NCBI GenBank assembly: GCA_964016885.1
Contig: OZ024740.1
Span: 77,314,001 to 77,378,000 of the forward strand
Reading direction: 5' to 3'
DNA length: 64,000 bases
From: Eledone cirrhosa
Taxonomy: Eukaryota
The position numbers and the translations under genes are program-made. Numbering within the stretch: position 1 is the stretch's first letter; the number at the start of each line of letters is the position of its first letter. Shown in pieces: positions 50,953-63,605 of this stretch. Under the pieces are notes generated by a model. That model saw only the letters and a program-made list of their open reading frames with translations. It had not been told where the DNA came from and did no database searches.

Positions 50953-51635
50953 ACATAGCAGCAAACTCGTATTCAAGTACGACCACTTAGAAAATAGGCA
51001 AAAACGTATTGTTTATATTGCTGTCACTGATGTCGCTTAAATAGCTCATCAAACCAGAAAATGACTTATATGTCATTTCACACAGTATGCAGTTGTTTTC
51101 CGTCCGCTTGGGTTTGATCGGCATGGCATGCTTTGTGGTGCGGCGTTAGGACCCCTGCAGAATGACACTTCCATACCGTTATCACATGCAAAATGAAGGT
51201 TTATGAAGTATTCAAAAGTATTTTTTCCATGAGTATTGCCTCTGTTATGGTTTTGTAACACAGCCTTTGACATGCATACACGACCGCATCCCTCGTAGGT
51301 ACATTTTGCACACGTTCTTGGAGAGGATTATCTGCCTCCATATACTTGGCTGCTCGCTTCGCTTCAGGATAGGCCCTCCACTTCACTAGGCCCCTGTCCT
51401 CTGTTCAAATACTTTAACTCCGGTAGCAATCAGATTTCGCCACTGGGCTCTGTCTTTTACAATATTTACCCATGTTCCGTTGATGATATTGACCGTCTTC
51501 AGCGTATCCTTCAAGGAGTATTTACAGCGCTTGCGTTGCTCGCAATGCAGGCGTTTGCCTTGCAACAGCTCTCCATATTGTTTTGTGAGTCTGTTGTTCT
51601 CTAAGCTTACGTGACCTGCACGCGCAAACCACATT
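50953..51635 (-). mobile_element. RTE-clade LINE 3' fragment (ORF2 C-terminus), decayed
   Basis: AGHVSLENNRLTKQYGELLQGKR..EQRKRCKYSLKDTLK..W..IVKDRAQWRNLI..G...FE matches the RTE motif WAGHV..RLPK..YGEL..G.R..KR.KD.LK..DR..WR. Confidence 0.85.
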
Positions 51636-52201
51636 CATCATTCAATACGAAAATGATTCCAATGTGAAAACATTGGGTGGAGTTATCAATTGAGTGTGGT
51701 TTATCCATCCCTTCGCTTTAAACAGTATTCAATAGGGAGGGCAATACTTTCAACTATTCCTCCGTGCACAAATAATAAGATACTGTTCTCATATATTTTA
51801 GAAGAAACTAAATATCGTTATGATTGCATGTATGGACGAATAATGCTATAGTACTTTATATATGTCATATAATTCTGTGATGCCTTAATTCTTGGTGAAA
51901 TCTGTCGGAGCCCATCTACCTCCAGATAGGAACAGTTGATTTCTTCCACAGAAAGTGAAGAGATACAGAGGAACAATTCAACTCAATATGGAACTGGTTG
52001 AAGATTTGTATGTTAATTTTATACCGTATATGTACAGATATAAATTCATTGCAGACATCGGCTACTTACAGCAAAATTTAATATCTATCAAAATTAACTT
52101 CCAGCATGAGTGCTAATGCTATGCAAATTACTATGGGTATTTCAGTGATATTACCATATAATCTATTCAGATACATATTTCTTGGAGCTTGTTTAGATTG
52201 C

Positions 52202-52253
<52 letters not shown>

Positions 52254-52353
52254 CTTCTACATGACTAGAACTGTTTCATTCGGGAGAAATCATCTGCTTT
52301 GTATTGAGTACCTTACTTACTGTGGTTACCCCCGATTGAACCCGGGATAAACT

Positions 52354-52363
<10 letters not shown>

Positions 52364-52392
<29 letters not shown>

Positions 52393-52449
52393 CTCTGTGT
52401 GTGTGTGTGTGTGTGTATGTGTGTGTGCGTGTTTATGTGTGTGTGTGTG

Positions 52450-52489
<40 letters not shown>

Positions 52490-52490
52490 T
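52364..52490. repeat. (GT)n microsatellite (also 52900-52960 and 61402-61508)
   Basis: Direct reading. Confidence 0.95.
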
Positions 52491-52539
52491 GAGTGTCCTT
52501 GCATTGTATAACACCATTGTATAACACACATACTCAGTG

Positions 52540-52890
52540 AAAGATAGAGCACATCATGTTGAGTATCACGCTGCGTGACAAGAGGAAGAACACTTGGATC
52601 CGACAACAGACAGGAGACAGCGACATAATAACAACCATCAAGACGAACAAACATAGATGGGATGAACAAACACATCTGGCGACACAGTGACAATAGATCG
52701 ACAATCAGAGTGACAGGGTGGACATCAAGAGAATGGACAAGATCAAAGAGACGTCCAGGGACAAGATGACGAGACGACCTCACCAACCACCTGGGACCCT
52801 CATGACCAAGGCTGGAAAGGGACAGAAGTCAGTGGAGAGAGTCCAGGTAGGGGTTCCTCCTCCGTGAGCAATTTCAAGACCCTGGATCTT
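52540..52890 (+). mobile_element. RTE/RTEX-like LINE 3' fragment, decayed
   Basis: Manual translation: DKRKNTWIRQQT..DIITTIK..KHRW..HIWRHSDNRSTIRVTGW..REWTRSKRRPGTR*RDDL...RDRSQWRES. Confidence 0.75.
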
Positions 52891-52920
52891 GGATATGTTT
52901 GTGTGTGTGAGTGTGTGTGA

Positions 52921-52962
<42 letters not shown>

Positions 52963-52985
52963 CATGTATGTTTATAGATTATATA

Positions 52986-53026
<41 letters not shown>

Positions 53027-53080
53027 GTGGGAAAGTAAAAAATCGGAGAATAGACCGTTAAAACATGTTTATTTAAAACA

Positions 53081-53120
53081 GCACCTACGTACGTTTCGCC
53101 CAGTTGGACTTCTCAAGGGC
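53081..53120 (-). ncRNA. Hammerhead-like motif with non-canonical core
   Basis: Minus strand GCC-CTTGAGAA-GTCC(AACT)GGGC-GAAAC-GTAC-GTA-GGTGC; palindromic ACGTACGT helix III; core deviates from CUGANGA. Confidence 0.55.
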
Positions 53121-53416
53121 ATAAATAGTCACAAGTGTTCCTTATATTGCTCGGAAAGAGTTTTTGGGGTTAAATCTACATCAAGGTTCATTGCTCGCAA
53201 AATTATCTTGTTTTGATTTTGCAGCAGGTCAAGTGAGGTAACTCTGGCCGGTGTTAGGGCAGTCTTTCCCGGACAATTTTTTTTTTTTTTTTTTTTTGCC
53301 GCATCCGTTTGTCTGAGGCTGGGTCTGGTATGCAAGGATTGTTTCCTGGGTGTTATTTTGCAGCGCCTGCCCACCGGGGTGTTAAGACTTGTTGCAGGGA
53401 GATCCAGTGTACTGTT

Positions 53417-54446
53417 TCACACTTCATCCTTAACCCATCTGAAGAAGGATATTTTTAAGCGATGTGTACAACTTATCGCTGTTTCAGCTCTGCTGTTGAT
53501 GAGCTCGTGGGGTGCAGTTATGATGTGGTAGAGCTCCATGAGGCAAAGATCGCATTTCCTCTTGAAGTTGTACGGTGCAGCCCGGCCGACAATCTCCCAG
53601 TGCGTGGAGAAGCTGATGTTTAAGTCCTTTAGTTATGTGATGTAGTCCGCGAGCGAAGTGGAGTGCCTTAGTTTTCTACTTGTGAAAGAGTGGAGATGTG
53701 TTCGAAACCTAATTTTGAACGGGCCGGAGGTGGCCCCTATATAATGTTTAACGCTATTGTGGCTAGTAATAGTGCATCTATATATAACCCTATCAGTCAA
53801 GCAGTATCCTCTAAGGGGGCAGCGTCCTCTGTCGCGACAGTTGCAATTTCTGTCGCGGTTCCGTCTATTTCCCACGGTAAGGCTATCATTGTTGCTGCCT
53901 ACGTTGTTACCCACGCTACCGCAGCTGTCGTTAGCACAATTACAACCCACAGCACGCGGGGTGGTGCGATTGTTATTCCGCATGTCATGTTCTGCATGTT
54001 CCCCAGTCATTTCGCGGTTATTCTGGTTGCGTCTGCGGATGCCGTTGCCAACACTATTGGATGCTGCCAGGGAGTTGTTAAGGCCGATATAGTTATTGTC
54101 AGGTGTAGGTGCGTCTGTGTCGAGGTGCTGTGTCTTGGTGATCTTACTGTGGTTCGTTGTTCCTATGATGTCTGCTAGGTTAGGAGTAGTAGAGAAGGAT
54201 ATTTTTATATTGTTCCTATTAAGAATTTTTCTATACCTATGGTTGGGCGGGAAGTTCTTCTCTAAGGCTTCGAAGAACATCCGGGGTATGTTGGAGGCCA
54301 CACTCCGAGAGTAGGGGGGGGGGGGGGAACCATAGGACGTTACGGTGGCGATTACGTGTCCTTGTACTTTTGCTACGGGTGGTTCCATCTAAGTGACCGC
54401 TCTTATGTGTGTTAATGCGCAATCGCCCGTTCGGTGCCCCTTTCAC
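53417..54446 (-). pseudogene. PLE GIY-YIG endonuclease pseudogene
   Basis: RNVLWFPPPYSRSVASNI..F...LEKNFPPNHRYRKILNRNNIKISFS..PNL; CNCR...CPLRGYCL..RVIYRC..HYIGAT..FKIRF..H..SF; TAA at 53633-53635; then W.IVGRAAPY..CDLCLME..LINSRAE..CTH; frameshift at the G-run near 54314-54327. Confidence 0.88.
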
Positions 54447-55068
54447 TTTATGCTCGGGTGCACTCTTTCTACCTCTTCCATGCTAACTCCCTAGCCCACG
54501 CTAACTCTCTAGCCCACTAAATATTAACACTTCGAATATTTAATACTGCCGGCACTAGTATCGAGCACCTTTGGCATACGTTACTTGGCAAATAACTATA
54601 TGTATCACCTATCCCCCCTTTTTTTCTCTTTCTCGATACGTAAATACTATATATATATATATAAGTATGTACACGCCGTACTAAGAGTGGGAAATGAAAT
54701 TTCGTTTCATTTTTTCCGTTTATATATATATATATATCGAACTTTACACACCTTCCCACACTTGGTCTTTCCTTCCACGCATTACCTCTGTTTGATTTTG
54801 TTACCGTACATTTTTTTCCGTATAAGATTCTTTGCCTGTGTTCTTACAATTGTATTTCTATGATTTTTTGTTCACGGTTGCCTGTGTTTTTACCTTTATG
54901 ATTTTTTGTCTTTAATTTTCCTGTGTTTACTCCCCCCTCCCTACGTTTTTCTGTTTCATTTCCCTTCCCCGTCTCTGCCTATCCTTCGCACTCACCCCTT
55001 CGTTCACTCCACCCCGCTTCACACCCCTGCCCTCTCATCCCTCCCCCTGATTTCACCCAACGCCCATC

Positions 55069-57301
55069 ATGCCCAACCTGAGATCCTTTCTCCACCAACT
55101 ACACAATCGCCTCAAACTTTTCCTCACCCCCTCCTCCCACCCTGCTATCTCCCCTCTGCCTTTCAACTCTCCTACCTTCTCTTCGCCAAAACCCGGCACT
55201 CCAGCCACATCCATTTTCTCAGCCACTGCCTCCGCCTCCACCTTATCCCCCTCGGCTTCCGTCTACACTTCCACCCCTCCCCTGCCGCTTCCCCCTCCAC
55301 GCAACGTATCCTCACCCGATTCTCACGCCTCCTCATGCGTAACTCCATCCGCGCCTCCCGTTCCACCCTCCGCCTACTTGACCACCAACTGACCCCCACC
55401 CTCCTCCGCCTTTACTCCACCTGCCAGCCCCTCCTCGACCAAGCCATCCTCTCCTTCATCCACAACCTCAACCACAACCTCTTCTCGTTCCTCAGCTCCA
55501 CCAAAGCCCGCAAGCTACACTCACTCCTCCCCACCCACCACCCATCCACCACCACCCGCCCATCCCCATACGCCCACCACTCTCCACCTCTCCCTCGACC
55601 CACACCCCTACCCAATCTCCACCCTCCACCTCACCCCTCACCACACCCTCCCTGCCCCCCAAACACCCAAACCCCACCCTTTGTTGTCACCATACCCCCT
55701 GACCTCCCCCTCTCCGCACCTGAGCGCTCACTCCTTAGTAGAGGCCTTCGCTTCATACCCCACACTCCGCACAGCGACGAGTTCCGCACCCGAACGGAAG
55801 TCGAGCGATTCGTGCGACGCATTAAGCTACAGGCACATTTCGGCCGAACGCCACCGGCTCCGGACGCCCCAGACCCGTTTCTCGCCCTGGGCCGACGACC
55901 ATCTTCTTGGACGCCGGCCCCAGGGCAATTTAGCACCCTGGACGCCTTCGTCGATGCCAGCCGTAGCGCAGTAAATCGTTTCGACTTCCGCCACCATTCC
56001 AAACGGCACAATATCTCACGGGGCGAACTCCTCGCTCTCCGCTCCCTCCGTAGCTGAGATGACATCGTCATCAAACCGGCGGACAAGGGAGGCGCCGTAG
56101 TGGTATGGCGCGCGGACCTCTACACGGCCGAAGCCCTCAGGCAGCTCCGTAACCCCCTCTTTTACCGCCCTCTACCCTCCGATCCCACCTCCCTCTACCA
56201 ACAACAAGTCTCCTCCACCATCAAAGACCTTATCGCCTCCTCCCTCCTCCCCCCACCGCTTCCCACCTCATCGTCCGCACCCCCCGCACCCCCACCATCT
56301 ACTTCCTCCCCAAACTCCACAAACCCGACAACCCCGGCCGCCCCATCGTCTCCGCTTGCAACTGCCCCACCGAACTCATCTCCGCCTTTCTCGACTCCCT
56401 CCTCTCCCCCCTTGTCACCACCCTCCCCTCCCACATCTCCGACACCAACCACGCCCTGCGCCTTTTCGACTCCTTCACCTACCTACCCGGCCCACAGCCA
56501 TTCCTCTTCACCCTAGACATCAAGTCCCTCTATACAGTCATCCCCCACGCCGACGGCCTTCGCGCCCTCAAACACTACCTCGACCTTCGCCCCTCCCCCA
56601 TTCCCTCCACCCCCACCCTCCTTCGCCTCGCCGAGCTGGTCCTCACCCTAAATTGTTTCTCCTTCTCGGGTGAGTTTTACCAACAGGTCACGGGGGTAGC
56701 CATGGGCACAAGAATGGGCCCGAACTATGCCAACCTTTTTGTTGGCCATGTTGAGGCCCAAATCTTTGCCCAGTACACCGGCCCCACGCCCGAACTGTAC
56801 GGTCGTTACATTGACGACTGTATCGGAGCCACGACCCTCACCCGAGAACAGCTCGACTCCTTTCTCTCCTTCTTCTGCTCCTTCCACCCCTCCCTCCACT
56901 TCACCACCTCTATCTCCACCACCCACGTCCACTTCTTAGACATCTCCGTCGCCTTCGACCCCTCCCACCACTCCCTCGTCACCTCCGCCTTCTTCAAACC
57001 CACCGACTCCCACTCTTACCTCGACTTCACCTCTTCCACCCCACCGACTTATGTCGGACAGACGGGACGTCGCCTGACGGACCGAGTCACGGAGCACCTC
57101 CGGGATATTCGTCTCGGGGGCAGTTCCCCCATCGCCCGCCACTTTGGTGACCCTGGACACTCCGCACGCCATCTCACAGTCTGTGGCCTACTCCAGTGCC
57201 ACGGAACACCCGCCCATCGCCTTACGGTCGAACAACGAACTATCTTCATCTTACAGACCCACACTCCTCCCGGCCTGAACTCCCCACCCTTATTCCTTTA
57301 G
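55069..57301 (+). pseudogene. PLE reverse transcriptase / GIY-YIG polyprotein pseudogene
   Basis: HIHFLSHCLRLHLIPLGF, LSAPERSLLSRGLRFIP, TGA at 56055, IKPADKGGAVV, frameshift near 56250, YFLPKLHK, GRPIVS, LDIKSLYT, GVAMGTRMGPNYANLF, YGRYIDD, FLDISV, KPTDSHSYL, then YVGQTGRRL.DR..EHLR..PIARHF..E..I..L....PPGLN. The ATG at 55069 is the probable start, with an inferred frameshift near 55150. Confidence 0.93.
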
Positions 57302-58609
57302 CGTTCGACCGCCCCCCTCCCCCACACTTATCCCCCACTAACACCACTAACACACCCCTCCTTTTCACCGCCCACCCCACACTAACAATACTAACACCTC
57401 CACTCCACCCCTCATCTGACCACCCTTCCCCAACTAACATACTAACATCCCTTCCCTCCCCTCTTCTCCTCCTCCCCCTCCTTACCACACGCACACACGC
57501 ACCCACTTACACCACCCACCCCACACGCAACTAACATCACTAACACCCCCCCAACCCCACGCACACGTACCCACACACCCTCGTACACCACCAACTCTAC
57601 ACGCCCTACCACCTCTAACCCCCACTCACACCTGCATTCCACCCCTCCCCACCTCCCGTATACTAACACCCACTAACACCTCTTCACCAAACTACACACA
57701 CACCAGTACACCACACTCCCTCCATAGAACCACACACACCCTTCTCTCCCCGCTCCACACTCACTCATCCCACTAACACCCCTACTAATACACACACACA
57801 CACCCTCCTCACTCCAACTCTCACACCTACCCATCGTCGCCTCCCTACCATTCCGCCGACTGCTGCTATGCCCTTCCGACCACCTCTCAGCACCAACTGA
57901 CCACAGCACTCCCACTGCTGAACACTTCCTGTTGCGCGCGCACCCCACATCTCTCCTCTTCCGACCACCGCTTCTTGGATTACCCACACGCGAAATTGAC
58001 TTCTAACCAAATCTCCAAACATCCGTGGAACTTACCAACTTTTCAACCATCCTCTTACACCATCACCGATATAACTCACCGACACACAAACACCCAAAAA
58101 AATTTTTTATACACACGCCACCCACACCCACAACACGCTTAAACCACACACACGTGCTTCCCACCACATATTTACACCCTCAGCCTCCTGATTCCTCTCC
58201 CCCTACCCCCCTATCCACACACGCACAGACACTCCGACCCACAAAAACACCCCCCACACACACCTTCCTGAACATGCAACCCCGTTCTTCCCCCAACCCT
58301 CACTTTCACATACACACACACACACACGCACACCTAACCACACACACCACCTTCAGCCCTCCCCGCTCGGACACCTCGTCTCCCTCTCCCCACTCCACCC
58401 GCCACCACCCCTACTCACCCCACACCCTTCCACCACCTGTTTACCCCCCTTTTAATTTCAGTTTATTTTGATCATGCCTTTATTTTTAAATTTTCTCATT
58501 CCTTGTATTTTGATCATGCTTTATTTTTATATTTTTTTATCTTTTTTCGCTATATGTCTCTCCACCACTCCCCTACACACCTTTTGAACTCTGTTCCCAC
58601 ACACTTCTC

Positions 58610-58641
58610 ACCTGAGGAAGGGCTTATGCCCGAAACGTCGT
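58610..58641 (+). ncRNA. Minimal PLE-type hammerhead motif
   Basis: AC-CTGAGGA-A-GGGC(TTAT)GCCC-GAAAC-GTC-GT; palindromic ACGT in place of helix III, only a 2-bp helix I. Confidence 0.7.
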
Positions 58642-58732
58642 CCCCCACCTACCCCCCACTCTCCTGAGCGTAAAATTAATAAACATTTATTGTACTTCCT
58701 CTCTGTTTTGTCCCTGTTCAAAAAAATGTTTC

Positions 58733-58856
<124 letters not shown>

Positions 58857-59174
58857 AATAAGAGAGTATTGAAGTTTGCTTGAAGCATTATGGAATAAGG
58901 TAAATTTCTTTAAGTCGTTTGGAAGCCTCGACAATGCAGATGGGTAAATCTCCGGGTAACAATCCGGTGGTGGAGAGAGACATGTAAGTGGGTGTACGTT
59001 TATATATATATATATATATAGAGAGAGATTTTGAGTTTATGTTGGTTGTGTACCAACACCTCAGTATGCAGGCTGGAGCACTCGACGAAGTGCGCAGGTT
59101 GGTTTGGTTACTCCGGAGTAGTGTAAAATAAAGTTAAATAAAAGTCAAATGATTAAAATTTAGCTTCGTTTATT

Positions 59175-59229
59175 ACTGCTATATATATTTCAGTGACAGC
59201 CATCTTTGGCTGTGACCTCTTCAGGCAGT
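59175..59229 (-). ncRNA. Type I hammerhead ribozyme (left arm of the palindrome)
   Basis: Exact reverse complement of 59460-59514. Confidence 0.85.
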
Positions 59230-59459
59230 TTGAATTAGTATGGTATAGACAAGTACATATGTTGTTTAGGTGTATGATATTGTCAATACTCTGATATGCC
59301 CAGTTCCTTGTTGGGTTGTTAATTCACTGGGGAACTGGAGTCATATGACTCCAGTTCCCCAGTGAATTAACAACCCAACAAGGAACTGGGCATATCAGAG
59401 TATTGACAATATCATACACCTAAACAACATATGTACTTGTCTATACCATACTAATTCAA

Positions 59460-59514
59460 ACTGCCTGAAGAGGTCACAGCCAAAGATGGCTGTCACTGAA
59501 ATATATATAGCAGT
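59460..59514 (+). ncRNA. Type I hammerhead ribozyme immediately followed by AATAAA
   Basis: ACTGC-CTGAAGA-GGT-C-ACAGCCA(AAGA)TGGCTGT-C-ACT-GAAA-TATAT-ATA-GCAGT-AATAAA: perfect 5-bp helix I, long helix II, self-complementary AT helix III. Confidence 0.88.
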
Positions 59515-59558
59515 AATAAACGAAGCTAAATTTTAATCATTTGACTTTTATTTAACTT

Positions 59559-59674
<116 letters not shown>

Positions 59675-59912
59675 ATATATATAGTAATATATATAGTAAT
59701 ATATATATATATTGTAATAATAATAAATTTGAAGACTAAAATCCAAAGAGGGCTCGATAAGGATAAATACATATCAAATATATATGAACCATAATACATA
59801 TATACATATATTTATATATATATATATATAATGTATGTGTGTATATATAAATATATATGTATATGGAACTAGCTGTCGAAATTGCAAGAGCTCAGGCATC
59901 GGGCCCCGACAC

Positions 59913-60010
<98 letters not shown>

Positions 60011-60330
60011 TATGTAGCAAAGTCAAGTGACTTTAATTACTATGCCAGGAATTTGTAAGGGAAGTGCCAGCAATTCTTAATCAATTTTAACTGTATTCTT
60101 CCCTCTAAAACTTCTATGATTTATTATCATCATAACAGCATATCTTGATATCTTTGTAAAATGTACGTAAAGAAATACGAACATTTAATGATTTCCTGCT
60201 ATTGTTGAAGACATTTATATGATTTTTTAACATTTCAATGAGATATATTAAACAGAAAACCTAAATGGTGGAAATTCTTTGATGTCCTCATAGAAAATCA
60301 AACTTTCGTTATTTTTGTTGGGATGGTAAC

Positions 60331-60389
<59 letters not shown>

Positions 60390-60393
<4 letters not shown>

Positions 60394-60538
60394 ACAACGT
60401 ATGTCCATATTGGGAGAGGAGATGGTGTATATATCTTATCAAATGATTCTATGGACATACGTTATTGTACATTGCTCTGATTGTTGATTATTTAATTAAC
60501 TAATTCGTCATTGAGCCACATCGTGAATGGTTGCCAAA

Positions 60539-60631
<93 letters not shown>

Positions 60632-61302
60632 CCTTGTCTAGTTTCTGTATATGTAAATCATTATATTTGATAATCTCCGGTAAGGTTGATATGCAGTTTA
60701 GGCAATATTAGGCTGCACTTTCTAGCAACCAACCCACTCGCCGTAAGGCACCAATCACATTCTTTCTGACTTGACCACTGCCACGTCACAGTTCTTAGCC
60801 ATTTTGAATTCGTTTCTGGCAGGGATCATTTAAAAACAATCTTCGTCCAAGTGAGTTTGTTTCCTGATGATTAGCTCGTGAATTTATCCTTGATTGGATA
60901 TTTCCAAAAGCGAATAAAATCCCATGGGGTAGAAACGTTATCTTGGTATGTTTATATACATATTTTCTTCTAACTTTAATTTTATACCTAATTGTGTATG
61001 GTTGACGATATATTTAATCGATTTCCACGTGCTATTGAAGGGCTGGGCAAATATTCTATAGCTGTTGATCGCGAATAGATGGCTGTCGTTTATTTATCTA
61101 TTATTTCTTCATAGTTGCCTTTTAATCTTATAGCCTTGTTTAATTGGTTTTTTTGTGTGGTTGATTATGGTGATTGGGAGAGGAGATGGTGTATATATCT
61201 TATCAAAGGATTCTATGAATATACGTTATTGTATATTGCTCTGATTGTTGATTATTTAATTAACTAATTCGTCATTGAGCCACATCGTGAATGGTTGCCA
61301 AA

Positions 61303-61347
<45 letters not shown>

Positions 61348-61377
61348 GACTTTGTCTAGTTTGTGTATATGTAAATT
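60390..61377 (+). mobile_element. Partial-tandem non-coding repeat (period ~0.72-0.77 kb) with a short 5' inversion; probable decayed PLE pLTR array
   Basis: 60410-60660 recurs at 61176-61377; 60390-60409 is the reverse complement of ~60450-60469; CCAAT/CCACGTCAC motifs and a degenerate HHR-like segment near 60904-60946. Confidence 0.7.
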
Positions 61378-61379
61378 TT

Positions 61380-61509
<130 letters not shown>

Positions 61510-62109
61510 TTCTGTGTGCTTGTTTATTCGTATGAATTCATATCATAATGTGGCTTATATAAGTATATCTCTATATAACTGAAAAAGTGCCAACCTTTCC
61601 TCTCAGCAATATCAATACCATTATCCTGATCGAACAACTTGGACATTACTCGTCGAAACCGACGGAGTTCAATTTTGTTCTATTACAAATTTTCTAACTT
61701 TACAAGTATTTCGGTTAAGCCCATTTCATTTTACCCAGCTCCCCCACTTCAGTTACATTCACAGACGCTCTTTCTTCTCAGATGTCAGTGTTAAAATATA
61801 TTGCGCAATCTTTTTTCGTGATAATCACATTTCTTTGGAAACTACCCCCTCAAAAACAATTCCAGCAACTACTCTCCTATATTTTAATATGAACGCTAGT
61901 CATTAGCTTATCTCTACCCGGAGTCTAGGAGCGTCTAGGGACAATAAAAATACGACTGGCTCATAAATAAACATATTCGTTTGTACACGACTTAATATTT
62001 CCTTAACGAGCCAACGACGGAACTTCTTCGCCGTCGCTACACTTTCAAGAAATAGAAGTCAAATCTTTCTCAAGTCACACGGCGCCTTCTTTTAAAAGAA
62101 GAACACATT

Positions 62110-62302
62110 AGATAATTGTTTCTACATTTGGCACAAGGCCAGCAATTATCCCAGTGTATTACTGGTACTTTATTTTATCGACCCCGTAAGGATGAAAGGC
62201 AAAGTTAACCTCGGCGGGATTTGAACTCAGTCCGTAAAGGGACGTAACTGTGTTGTAAAGCACGGCGTCCGACCCTCTACCGATACTGCCAATCCACCGC
62301 CC
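62110..62302 (-). mobile_element. tRNA-derived SINE (octopus OK-like); a second partial copy follows at ~62310-62420
   Basis: Minus strand GGCGGTGGATTGGCAGTATCGGTAGAG (A-box) ... GAGTTCAAATCCCGCC (B-box) ... CTTTGCCTTTCATCCTTACGGGGTCGATAAAATAAAGTACCAGT. Family name is from memory. Confidence 0.8.
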
Positions 62303-62552
62303 TAGATAATGATTTCTAATTTTGCAGCAGGCCAACAATTTAGGGGAAGGTAAAGTCGATTATATCGAACCGAATATTTGACTGGTACTTTATTGATCTG
62401 ACCCCGGAAGAATGGTGAACATATTAGAAAATGGTGTCTTATGTAAGATTGAATTAATGATAGAATTGTCATGGTTGAAATAGTTTTCATTATAATCATA
62501 GATCTACCAAATCAGAAGTGAGATTGTTAAAAAGATTGTTAAAAAGAGGGTA

Positions 62553-62845
62553 AAACAATAACAGCCACAAGAGCAATAACAAAAACAACAACAATAATAG
62601 TAACAATAACAGCAACAACAACAATGCCAATAACATCAACAACAACAATAACAACAGTAACAACGAAAACGACAGTAACAGCAACAACAAGAACAACAAC
62701 ACCAACAGCAACAAGAACGACAATAACAGCAACAACAACATGAGGAACAATAAAAACAACAGCAACAACATCAATAGGAACAATAACAACAACAGCAGCA
62801 ACAACAGCAATAGCAGCAACGGCAACGGCAACAAAAACAACATCA
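62553..62845. repeat. Imperfect (AAC/AGC/AAT)n trinucleotide tract
   Basis: Direct reading; explains the poly-Leu ORF. Confidence 0.92.
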
Positions 62846-63219
62846 AAATATATCGTCAGTGAGAGAAAGCCCTGAGTTGGTATTAATAGAGCTTAGCAGT
62901 CTATAATGCAATAAAGTTACTTAACTCAGCTATAAAACATTTAACTAAACCCTTTACTTTCAACACAGAAGCCATAGGATCCGGTGCCCAGAAAGTTTAT
63001 ATTTTATGCGAAATTTCTCTGCTTGATTTTTTTCTAATTTTTCAGATTCTCATACGATCCAGGATAGTTTTTTGGCTTCATCTGGTAAACGTTTCTTGCA
63101 ACATGTATTTCAAAATTTACTAATGAAATTTTAGACATGAAGTAGAAAACGTAATATATTCAAAAGGAAAACCTGCCCTTCATTGTTTATGGCAATGTGT
63201 GATTAAGTACAAACATACC

Positions 63220-63605
63220 AACGTATGTATGTAGTATGGGGGTATGTATGTAGGTATGTATGTTGTAGATATGGATGCATGTGTGTAGGTATGTATGGAT
63301 GTATGTATGGGTGTATTTATGTTGGTATGTGTATGTATGTATGTATTTAGGTATGTATGTATGTATGTTTGTATGTATACATGCCTGTATGATTGTATGT
63401 ATGTATGTGTGTATACGTAAGTTCGTACGTATGTATGTATGTATGTATATATGTATGCATGTATGTATGTATGCATATATGTATGCATGTATGTATGTAT
63501 GTATTCATGTATGTATATAAGTATTTATATATGTATGTGTATACGCAAGTACATACGTATGTATGGATGTATGTATTATATATTATGTATGTATATATGT
63601 ATATT
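63220..63605. repeat. Imperfect (ATGT)n tract
   Basis: Direct reading. Confidence 0.92.

Larger units (their letters stand above)
53026..54645 (-). mobile_element. Penelope-like element remnant (probably Naiad-type) retaining only the post-RT linker, GIY-YIG endonuclease and 3' end; no RT
   Basis: Coding motifs as in the pseudogene entry; the 3' end has an HHR-like motif at 53081-53120, then AATAAA, then (TA)n. Confidence 0.8.

Noticed and set aside
56055-56057. In-frame TGA in the PLE ORF as selenocysteine (reported for some Naiad PLEs)
   Set aside because: The position (LRS*DDIVIKPADKG) fits CGA>TGA decay of an Arg codon, the element is Neptune-like, I recognise no SECIS, and the stop in the Naiad-like remnant is TAA.
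53690-57264. Antisense and alternate-frame ORFs overlapping both PLE coding regions
   Set aside because: Shadow ORFs caused by GC-rich, skewed composition; no recognisable motifs.
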